Source of the DNA: an uncultured Lentisphaeria bacterium | GTDB lineage: Bacteria; Fidelibacterota; UBA8477; JABMPR01 | Assembly: GCA_964630195.1 (NCBI GenBank) | Contig: CAZVSF010000005.1 | Location: 1 to 33,956 of the forward strand | Length of the DNA: 33,956 nucleotides | Direction of reading: 5' to 3' | In this document: positions 17,109-25,509 of the stretch, piece after piece | Layout of the letters: each line of letters starts with the position of its first letter | Numbering within the stretch: position 1 is the first letter of the stretch | Made by a program: the position numbers and the translations under genes | Notes under the pieces: generated by a model | What the model was told of the DNA's origin: nothing | What the model saw: only the letters and a program-made list of their open reading frames with translations | Databases searched by the model: none

Positions 17109-18803
17109 TTATTTTAGCAGGAGAATTTCCTGCTCACTACTGATTTTCCCTGCCACCATGCGGCAAATATAGACACCTGAGGGCATAACCTTACCATCCT
17201 TGTCTCTACCATCCCAATCCTGACGGTAGCTACCAGGCTGGAAATCCTTATTGAGAAGCTCGATGATTTTCTGACCCTTCACATTGTAGATGGCCAGCGA
17301 AACCCGGGTATTTTCTGGTACATCAAATTTTATTTGGGTGGCAGGATTGAACGGGTTTGGCATATTGGGAGCCACGTGGAAATTCTTGGGGAATGAATGC
17401 GTATTCCCATCTGTTCCTACCAATTCACAGGCTGAGTAGACATCCATGGGCAGATCCTGTTCAATACTTAACTCGGCAAGGTCTATCTCCGATATTTCCA
17501 TGGAAATGGTACCTCTATAAACGTCACAAAATCGTGATTCAAATTCAGCAGGTGCTATTTCAGGTACAAAATCTGACATATAGCAGTCACTCATTCCTGA
17601 GGGATCAATATTTATCACCCAGATATCGGCCCCGCTTTCTCCATGCCCTTCGATCTTACCTGTGGCAAACAGGGATCCATCTTCATTTTCATGCAGGGTA
17701 TAAATATCGTTTGTCTGTGTGCCACCATAGGCTTGACTCCATAATAGTTCGCCTCCCTGACTAAATTTTGTAAGCAGGGATCCACGATCACCACTTTCTG
17801 GATCGGTGATAAGACCATAGACAAGAATTCCGTTATCAATTGTTCTGGTGATCGCACGGCCAAAATCATAGCCGGTACCTCCGATCGTTTTAGCCCAATC
17901 CAATTCTCCCATCGCATCAAATTTGATAAGGAATTCATCATAGTCGCCGGCACCCATTGAATGGGTAGCTCCGGTCATAAAAATTTCCCCACTTTCAGTA
18001 ATGAGTGCTGCATCCGAGTTGGTAAGAAGCTCATAATCGCTGCCGCCAAAGCTCTTATTCCAGAGGATATCTCCATTCACATTGAGCTTGATCAAATATC
18101 CATCCGTGGCACCGTACAGATCTTCCCAACTATTTGTGTATGCAAAAACGATGTAATCACCTCCAGGCGTTTCCTTGATAGAATAGGTCACATCGGTTAC
18201 AGGACCACCCAGGACCCGAGACCAGATCACATCACCATATTTTGTTACCTTTAACACAATGATGTCCAGCAAACCCTTGCTGCCGCTACGGGTGGACCCA
18301 TAGATAAGGAACTGGCCATCTAATGTGGGTGTTATGCCCATGATACGATCTTCAACGAGACCACCATAGGTTTTAAAACTGGTCACTTCACCCTGGGGAC
18401 TGATCCGTGAGAAAAACAGGTCAATATCGCCCTTGCCAAAACTTCGTGTGCGCCCAGTGAGGATAAAGCTCCCATCTGCCAGGGTCAAAACGCCAGTTGC
18501 CATATCATCACTACTACCCCCAAAAGCCAGTGACCAGCTCATGTTTCCTGCTGTATCTGCCTCAAAGACCAGGATGTCCTGGCCTCCGGCGCCGTAAGAG
18601 GTGGTATTCCCTGCAAAGACATACCCGTTTGAAGATTGAGCAATGTGTCCAACCAGATCATCGCCTTGACCACCTATGATCATTTGGGCTGTATTGATCT
18701 GGGATAAAACTGATGTAGAGCACAGAGTAAGACTCAAAACGAGTGCAAAAATTTCTAAAAAATGACCATGAACAGGTTTTAGTGCAGACACGATGACCCC
18801 CAT
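17109..18803 (-). CDS. Secreted repeat (beta-propeller-like) protein with C-terminal T9SS/FlgD-Ig-type sorting domain
   Basis: N-terminal hydrophobic signal-like segment. About eight ~50-aa repeats follow the pattern GG.g.D....i..t.DGg.i..G.T.S.G.G..D.l..K....G...W. The C-terminal ~80 aa read PNPFNPATQIKFDVPENTRVSLAIYNVKGQKI...GVYICRM...ILLLK. Confidence 0.85.
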   Translation of the reverse strand: MGVIVSALKPVHGHFLEIFALVLSLTLCSTSVLSQINTAQMIIGGQGDDLVGHIAQSSNGYVFAGNTTSYGAGGQDILVFEADTAGNMSWSLAFGGSSDDMATGVLTLADGSFILTGRTRSFGKGDIDLFFSRISPQGEVTSFKTYGGLVEDRIMGITPTLDGQFLIYGSTRSGSKGLLDIIVLKVTKYGDVIWSRVLGGPVTDVTYSIKETPGGDYIVFAYTNSWEDLYGATDGYLIKLNVNGDILWNKSFGGSDYELLTNSDAALITESGEIFMTGATHSMGAGDYDEFLIKFDAMGELDWAKTIGGTGYDFGRAITRTIDNGILVYGLITDPESGDRGSLLTKFSQGGELLWSQAYGGTQTNDIYTLHENEDGSLFATGKIEGHGESGADIWVINIDPSGMSDCYMSDFVPEIAPAEFESRFCDVYRGTISMEISEIDLAELSIEQDLPMDVYSACELVGTDGNTHSFPKNFHVAPNMPNPFNPATQIKFDVPENTRVSLAIYNVKGQKIIELLNKDFQPGSYRQDWDGRDKDGKVMPSGVYICRMVAGKISSEQEILLLK

Positions 18804-19247
18804 TTTTGATTTGCGATTTGCAGGGTAAATCTAGCTGTGTATCGCGAAGAGACAAAAAAGTAAGTTTTGCGAACCAGGTATCTTTTGTTGGGTCATTTGT
18901 AATCAGAATGTGGCTGAATAATGAGATTGGCTGTAGGGAAAATTGGGTCACCATCAGGATGTAATTCAGAGGAGGACCTTCATGTTTTTCTGAAGAAAAC
19001 GAAGGATTTTTTCATTTTAATTTCTTAGAATTGGATTCAGACCGATGATTCTCTAAATTCTGATAATAACAGGGTTTGGATGCCGAACCGCGGACACTTA
19101 TCTTCCTGCAAATCCGTATCATCGCATTAAAAACGTTTATTCAAAAAGTGCTTTATCGTGGGGACGAATGATATATGGAAAAAACAGCTGATCAAATAGT
19201 GCTGAAGAGCAGAATAATCTATTGGATGACGACATTCGCAGGGTGTA

Positions 19248-20093
19248 ATGAGTAGTGTTGACGTTCAAGAGATCGATCTCATCCTGGGCCATCTCCAGGA
19301 GCAGACCGGATTGGATTTCTTTGGAAATTATTCTTCCATGATCGGCAGGCGTCTTCGAATCCGCATGTCAAAAACCGGGCAGCAATCATATCAGGACTAC
19401 TCGGTCTATCTTCAGCAAAATAATGATGAATTGGCAGAACTTCTTGATTCGCTTACCATAAGTGTGACCAGCTTTTATAGAGATCCATTTACATTTGAGT
19501 TTATTTATGAACATGTATTACCTCATATTTTTGAGGAAAAAGGAAAATCCCGAGATGCGACCTTGCGGATCTGGTGTGCCGGTTGTTCCACCGGTGAGGA
19601 AGCCTATTCCATGGCTATCCTGCTCAAAGAAATGAAGGAAAAACATCCGGATTCAAAGATCGCTCCGTCGATTTTTGCAACAGATATTGATCAACATGCT
19701 CTAGAAGCAGCACAAGCGGGTCGATATAACTTGAAAAGTGTGTGGAATGTGAAGCAGGGGCAAGTCAGCAAATATTTCAAGGTGCATGGCGAGAGCTTTG
19801 AGATAAACACTGAGATAAAGAAATTGGTGGAGTTTTCAACCTTTGATATGCTCAGCGATCTGACACTGGCGCCACCAGACAGTATATTTGGTGGGTTTGA
19901 TATTGTGCTCTGCCGGAATCTATTGATCTATTTTACAGCTGAATATCAGGTCAAGATCATGACCAAACTCTACGAATCTTTGAATCTTAATGGTGTATTG
20001 ATCCTGGGTAAAACAGAGAGACCTCTGGATCCGTACAAACTCAAATTTGTAGAAGAAAACTCACGTGCACGAATCTATAGAAAAGTCGTCTAG
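19248..20093 (+). CDS. cheR: CheR-type protein-glutamate O-methyltransferase
   Basis: CheR_N-like helix region and TSFYRDPFTFE (TxFFRD motif). SAM-binding RIWCAGCSTGEEAYSMAILL, plus FDIVLCRNLLIYF. 281 aa, the typical CheR length. Confidence 0.9.
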   Translation: MSSVDVQEIDLILGHLQEQTGLDFFGNYSSMIGRRLRIRMSKTGQQSYQDYSVYLQQNNDELAELLDSLTISVTSFYRDPFTFEFIYEHVLPHIFEEKGKSRDATLRIWCAGCSTGEEAYSMAILLKEMKEKHPDSKIAPSIFATDIDQHALEAAQAGRYNLKSVWNVKQGQVSKYFKVHGESFEINTEIKKLVEFSTFDMLSDLTLAPPDSIFGGFDIVLCRNLLIYFTAEYQVKIMTKLYESLNLNGVLILGKTERPLDPYKLKFVEENSRARIYRKVV

Positions 20094-20257
20094 GCATATT
20101 AACCGGTATTAATATATGATACTATTAGTATACCCGGTCCTTGTAGAAATTGCGAAATTTATTCTTATTCGCCGACGAACTGAAAGCTTGTATATTGTAA
20201 TAATCCCCGCACCAGGACGCGGTGTGTTACATTTTATCCAGTATCGAGGAGTCATCC

Positions 20258-22069
20258 ATGGTTGATACACAAAAAACAAAAGCAGACCTTGCCAAAGAGA
20301 ACATCTCTTTAAAAGAACGAATCTTAACGCTTGAGGCGGCCCTGGGTAAAATGCCAGAGGGCGAGCATATTGGCAAAGATGATTTGAGCTATCAGAAGTT
20401 TCTTAATAGTCTCAACGCAGGTGTTGTTGTTCACACTCAGGATACGGCTATTATTTATGCCAATCCTACGGCCTGTCAGTTGCTGGGACTCTCAGAAAAA
20501 AACATGGAGGGAAAGCTGGCGTCTGATCCTGCCTGGAAGTTTTTTAATGAAGATAAAACAGACATGGCCCTGGAAGATTATCCTGTGAATCGTATACTTT
20601 CAACAAATAGTAATTTGAAGAACATGCATATGGCAGTGAAACCACCCCTGGTAGATGATTTAGTATGGCTATTGGTGAATGGCTATTCAGTGAAAGATGC
20701 CCAGGGTGAGATCGATCAGGTTGTGATCAATTTCATTGATATTTCGGAGCGTAAGCAATTGGATGAAGAGATGGCCAGGAGTGAAAATAAATTCAGAACC
20801 GTTGTTGATACGAGCCCCTTTCCCATTACTGTGGCGGACAAGGACGATCAAAATATTTTCTTCTGGAGCACAAGTGCTCAAAAATTATTTGGCCACAACC
20901 CCAAAACGACTGAGGAATGGTACCAGCTGGCCTACCCGGATCCTGAATATCGGCGGGAGGTCATTGAACGCTGGAAACCCTTCCTGGAAAAGGCACAGGA
21001 TTCAACAGCTGCAGTAAACACCGGCGAGTACAACATCACCTGTAAGGATGGAACGGTTAAAATATGCGAATTGTTTGCACAATTTATCGACGAAAGTCTC
21101 ATTGTTACACTACATGATGTCACAAAGCGTAAGCGAGCAGAAGCAAAACTAGCCCAAAATCAGATTTTACTCACACAATCCCAGTCTGCTGGCAAATTGG
21201 GTGGTTTTTCCTTTGATGTAAACACCTTGGAACAAACCTGGACGAAGGAGACCTTTAATATTTTGGAAATCGAGAGCGATGACGATGCTCCCAAAGTACC
21301 TGAAGGCATCAACTTTATCGCCCCTGAATACCAGGCTATGGCGAATGAAGCAATTCAGAAGGCTATTGAAGAAGGAAAGGAGTATGACCAGGAGTGGGAG
21401 GTTATTACAGCCAAGAAGAATCGCAAGTGGGTCCGGTCGATTGGCAAACCAGTTTTTGAGGAAAGGGTCGTCACCAATATCACTGGGTCACTACAGGATA
21501 TCACTGAGGTCAAGCTCGCTCAGTCGGCTCTGGCCGAGAGTGAGCAAAAGTTTCGGGCACTTTATGATAATGCCCCTCTCTCTTTTCAATCGCTTGACGA
21601 GGAAGGCTGTTTTTTGGATATCAACCCTGCCTGGTTATCCACGTTGGGTTATGAAAAAGAAGCCGTTCTGGGTACATATTTTGGAGATTTCCTTCACCCC
21701 GAATGGAAACCACATTTTGAAGAGAATTTTCCTGCATTCAAAAAGCGCGGTTATGTGAGTGATGTTCATTTCAAGATCCGACATCAGGACGGTCACTATC
21801 TTGACATCAGTTTCGAAGGTTGTATCGGTTATCATCCTGATGGGTCGTTTAAACAAACCTATTGTGTTTTTCAGGACATCACCTTGCGTATGGAGGCTGA
21901 AGAAACCTTGAAATCAAACCAGAAAAAACTGGAACACCTTGTTGCCGAGAGGACTAAAGATCTGGAAATAAAAAACAGGGAATTAGCTCAGGCAATGCGG
22001 GTCTTTGTAGGCAGGGAGACCAAGATCCTTGAATTGCAGAAAAAGATTGATGCCTTAAAGGGAATATAG
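20258..22069 (+). CDS. Multi-PAS protein without kinase domain, ending in a coiled coil
   Basis: Four PAS-like units (FIDISERKQ, HDVTKRKRAE, LQDITEVK and FQDITLRME linkers). No H-box or ATPase motifs. The C-terminus reads ERTKDLEIKNRELAQAMRVFVGRETKILELQKKIDALKG. The ATG at 20258, with a GAGGAG RBS 6 nt upstream, is preferred over the GTG at 20222. Confidence 0.85.
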   Translation: MVDTQKTKADLAKENISLKERILTLEAALGKMPEGEHIGKDDLSYQKFLNSLNAGVVVHTQDTAIIYANPTACQLLGLSEKNMEGKLASDPAWKFFNEDKTDMALEDYPVNRILSTNSNLKNMHMAVKPPLVDDLVWLLVNGYSVKDAQGEIDQVVINFIDISERKQLDEEMARSENKFRTVVDTSPFPITVADKDDQNIFFWSTSAQKLFGHNPKTTEEWYQLAYPDPEYRREVIERWKPFLEKAQDSTAAVNTGEYNITCKDGTVKICELFAQFIDESLIVTLHDVTKRKRAEAKLAQNQILLTQSQSAGKLGGFSFDVNTLEQTWTKETFNILEIESDDDAPKVPEGINFIAPEYQAMANEAIQKAIEEGKEYDQEWEVITAKKNRKWVRSIGKPVFEERVVTNITGSLQDITEVKLAQSALAESEQKFRALYDNAPLSFQSLDEEGCFLDINPAWLSTLGYEKEAVLGTYFGDFLHPEWKPHFEENFPAFKKRGYVSDVHFKIRHQDGHYLDISFEGCIGYHPDGSFKQTYCVFQDITLRMEAEETLKSNQKKLEHLVAERTKDLEIKNRELAQAMRVFVGRETKILELQKKIDALKGI

Positions 22070-22134
22070 CAGGAAGAAGTTGACACAGCACCGAGAACAA
22101 AAAAGTGAGATGTAAATAGAGTGGAGATCAGAAC

Positions 22135-25100
22135 GTGAAGTATAAAGACACCTTCAAAAGTTTAAGTGCCAGGATCCTCTTTTGGTTCCTGATCATCGCC
22201 CTCATGCCTCTCATGATTTCTCTTGTCGTGACCTATAGTCAGCGTCAAGCGGCCATTGAGGCACAAACCTTTAATAAACTGATTGCCATTCGCGACCTGA
22301 AGGTGAAACAGGTCCAGAGTTGGCTGGATGAGCGTGAAGGTGATCTGGGGACCATTACGCAGGAAAGCGAATTTGCCGATCTGGAGCTGGGGATTAATCA
22401 AAATCCCAACCCACAGATGAGTTACGGGAAATTGTCCAGTGTCAGGCAAGTTCTTATGAATTATTTGGAGAATTATTCAGCCTACAATGAGATATTTATC
22501 CTGCACCCCAGGACTGGAAAAATACTCCTTTCGACCAAGACCTATCGAGAGGGTGTGGATCGATCAAAGGCACTCTATTTTATTGATGCCCTTGAATCCG
22601 GTGAACTGGTGACTGGCGACATCACCTATTCGGAGAGCCTGGGAGGACCCACCATGATCTACTCAGTCCCCATCTTTTGTACAGCTCATGATGGTTTGCA
22701 CATCACTGCCATATTAGCTGCACGTATAGATCTCCAGAGGTCGTTATATCCATTGTTATTAGACCGGGTAGGACTGGGTGAAACAGGAGAGACCCTGATC
22801 ATCAACCATGATATTGTGGCCTTAAATGAATTGAGGTGGTACGAACATGCACCACTCAATCTTCAAATCCATGCGAAACCAGCTGAACTTGCCGCCCATG
22901 GCAAAACAGGCATTACCACTACCGATGATTATCGCGGCGAGCCTGTCCTGGCAGCCTATACACATATTGGGCATGTGGATTGGGGTTTTGTCTGCAAGCA
23001 GGATCTTTATGAATTAAATCGCCCCATCCGGGAAATGCTGGCAAATTTTCTAGCCATCTTTTTTATTTCGACCGTAGTGGTCATTATTGCCGCCACCTTT
23101 CTCGCCAAGTCATTATCAAAACCTATCGTACAAATGGCTGATTTATCGACAGAGATAACCGCTGGGGATTTCTCAAAAAGGATGGAGACCGACTCAGCCG
23201 ACGAAATAGGCGACCTGTCGCGGGCGATCAACAATATGGCTGAATCCATTCAAAACCGGGTCGTAGTTCAAAACGGTGTGTTGAATCTTGCCGATACCAT
23301 TATTTCCCCGGGATCTATAAAGGAATTCTGCTCCGAGCTTCTGGTTGAATTAATGGAGGTAACCGGAGCCAACATGAGTGCTTTCTATATTCTAGACGAA
23401 TCAACGTCAAAATATGAGCATTTCAGCTCCATCGGTGGTAATCCGGGCATGATGAGACCCTTTAGCTCGACCCACCCAGAAGGTGAATTTGGTCTGGCCA
23501 TATCTCAGAAGAAGATCATCCATATCAATGATATTCCTCAGGATACGCGATTCATATTTAAGACGACTGCAGGGGAGATCATTCCTAACGACATCATCAC
23601 CATCCCCATTATTGTTGAGCATTTACCGGTAGCTCTTGTATCTTTGGCATATATCCACAAGTTTAGTAAGACTTCATTTGATATCCTTGAGCAAACCTGG
23701 CTTAGCATTAATATCAGCTATTCCAATTTACTGGCCAATCAACGCACACAGGTGTTGGCTGAGAACCTGTCGAAGATCAATCAGGAATTGGCGGCTCAAG
23801 CTGAAGAACTTCAACAGCAAACCGAAGAACTAGAGGCTTCCTCTTTTCAGCTGCAGGAGCAGAATGTCGAGCTGAATGCACAACGAAAAAACGTGGAAGA
23901 GGCTAATCGCCTGAAGAGTGAATTTTTATCAAATATGAGTCATGAGCTAAGGACCCCACTCAATTCGGTCCTGGCCCTCTCCAATGTATTATTGGATGAT
24001 ACCAGAGATCGGCTGACAGAAGAGGAAACAAATTATCTGGAGATCATTCTACGCAATGCCCGCCAGCTTTTAAAGCTGATCAATGATATCCTTGATCTGT
24101 CAAAAATAGAAGCAGGTCAAATGGATGTTGTGCTCACCTCTTTTTCCCCTGCCAGCACAGTCAATGATATTGTTGAGAGTATGACTCCACTGGCGGGTGA
24201 AAAAGAAAATTCACTTTCCATCAAGATATCTGAGGATGTGGGAGAAATTACCAGTGATCAACAATTGGTCCATGGCATCATTCAGAATCTGGTTGCCAAT
24301 GCGGTGAAGTTCACCCAGGCGGGGACAATCACAGTAGCTGTTGAGCAGGAGAATGGTGAATTTACCATATCAGTCACTGATACGGGTATTGGCATCTCCG
24401 AATCAGCCCTGCCTTACATTTTTGACGAATTCAGACAGGGAGATGGTAGCACAAGTCGAGAGTATGAAGGTACCGGTCTGGGATTGACAATTTCCAACAA
24501 ATACGCCCAAGTGCTTGGAGGTGAGCTGACCGCCCAAAGCGAACTGGGAAAAGGCAGTGTTTTTACACTGCGACTACCGAGCAAAATAGAAAAAATTGAG
24601 AATCCACCTGCGAATCAAAACCCGGTAGCTCCAGGGAGGATATCCAGGAAGAAAATCCTGGGTAAGGATCAGATCAGGTTATTGATCGTGGAAGACCAGG
24701 AACCTGCCATCATTCAATTAAGATCTATTTTGGAGCCCCTGGGCTATACCATCGATGTGGCAAATAATGGCGAAGATGCATTGGAGTACCTGACTCAGCA
24801 ATTGCCAGATGGGATTATTCTTGATTTAATGCTGCCTGGTGTGGACGGCTTTGAAGTACTCAGGCGTGTGCGACAGAGTGATGCATCGGTCCACGTTCCT
24901 ATCTTGATCTTGAGCTCAAAGAGCTTGACTGGCGATGAACGCAGAATGTTGCTACACAACAATATCCAGGAATTGATCAGAAAAGGCGATGTAAACAAGA
25001 CCGTTTTGATTGAGAAAATAGGCACGATGCTTAACCTGGAATCTGCAGATTCTGGTGCTCCCAAAAGTGAGCCATCTGCAAAACAGGAAAAAGCTGATCC

Positions 25101-25476
25101 TGATCCCAAAAAGCAAGCTACCATACTTATTATGGAAGACAATCTGGATAGCCTCACCGCTCTCCGGGCTGTCCTCAAGGATCGGTACAATATCATTGAA
25201 GCCATGGATGGCGAAAAGGGGTGGGAATTGTTTCAGAAAAAAACGCCTGACCTGGTGCTACTGGATATGATGTTACCCAAAGTTGATGGTTACGAAATAG
25301 CCCGCCGAGCAAAAGCTGATGAGCAGCTTAAATCCATTCCAATCATCGGAATTTCTGGCAAAGCGCTCAGAGAACAGCAGGAAGAAATCCTGGCGGCAGG
25401 ATGTGATGAAAGCTTGTCCAAGCCCTTTGAGGTTGAAGTGCTGAGAACAAAAATTTCAGATTGGCTGAGTGATTGA
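22135..25476 (+). CDS. Hybrid sensor histidine kinase: TM-Cache-like periplasmic domain-TM-HAMP-GAF-coiled coil-HisKA-HATPase-REC-REC
   Basis: TM1 is ILFWFLIIALMPLMISLVVTY. A ~280-aa extracytoplasmic domain follows, then TM2 FLAIFFISTVVVIIAATFLA. HAMP is marked by PIVQMADLSTEITAGDFSKR...IGDLSRAINNM, followed by a GAF-like block. H-box SHELRTPLNSVLA, N-box NLVANAVKFT, G1 DTGIGI and G2 GTGLGL are present. The two receivers are LLIVEDQ...LDLMLPGVDG and ILIMEDN...LDMMLPKVDG. GTG start with a GGAGA RBS. Confidence 0.9.
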   Translation: MKYKDTFKSLSARILFWFLIIALMPLMISLVVTYSQRQAAIEAQTFNKLIAIRDLKVKQVQSWLDEREGDLGTITQESEFADLELGINQNPNPQMSYGKLSSVRQVLMNYLENYSAYNEIFILHPRTGKILLSTKTYREGVDRSKALYFIDALESGELVTGDITYSESLGGPTMIYSVPIFCTAHDGLHITAILAARIDLQRSLYPLLLDRVGLGETGETLIINHDIVALNELRWYEHAPLNLQIHAKPAELAAHGKTGITTTDDYRGEPVLAAYTHIGHVDWGFVCKQDLYELNRPIREMLANFLAIFFISTVVVIIAATFLAKSLSKPIVQMADLSTEITAGDFSKRMETDSADEIGDLSRAINNMAESIQNRVVVQNGVLNLADTIISPGSIKEFCSELLVELMEVTGANMSAFYILDESTSKYEHFSSIGGNPGMMRPFSSTHPEGEFGLAISQKKIIHINDIPQDTRFIFKTTAGEIIPNDIITIPIIVEHLPVALVSLAYIHKFSKTSFDILEQTWLSINISYSNLLANQRTQVLAENLSKINQELAAQAEELQQQTEELEASSFQLQEQNVELNAQRKNVEEANRLKSEFLSNMSHELRTPLNSVLALSNVLLDDTRDRLTEEETNYLEIILRNARQLLKLINDILDLSKIEAGQMDVVLTSFSPASTVNDIVESMTPLAGEKENSLSIKISEDVGEITSDQQLVHGIIQNLVANAVKFTQAGTITVAVEQENGEFTISVTDTGIGISESALPYIFDEFRQGDGSTSREYEGTGLGLTISNKYAQVLGGELTAQSELGKGSVFTLRLPSKIEKIENPPANQNPVAPGRISRKKILGKDQIRLLIVEDQEPAIIQLRSILEPLGYTIDVANNGEDALEYLTQQLPDGIILDLMLPGVDGFEVLRRVRQSDASVHVPILILSSKSLTGDERRMLLHNNIQELIRKGDVNKTVLIEKIGTMLNLESADSGAPKSEPSAKQEKADPDPKKQATILIMEDNLDSLTALRAVLKDRYNIIEAMDGEKGWELFQKKTPDLVLLDMMLPKVDGYEIARRAKADEQLKSIPIIGISGKALREQQEEILAAGCDESLSKPFEVEVLRTKISDWLSD

Positions 25477-25509
25477 TCAAGGGATTCACTAAACTGGCAA
25501 AGGATACTT

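Noticed and set aside
19175-19255. A 26-aa upstream ORF (MEKTADQIVLKSRIIYWMTTFAGCNE) overlapping the cheR start
   Set aside because: It is too short to support, has no clear RBS and shows no leader-peptide-like features. It is noted only as a possible uORF.
19248-25476. A chemotaxis operon
   Set aside because: CheR is present, but there is no CheA (no P1 to P5 architecture), CheW, CheB, CheY-only operon structure or MCP signalling domain. The HAMP-containing protein is a histidine kinase.
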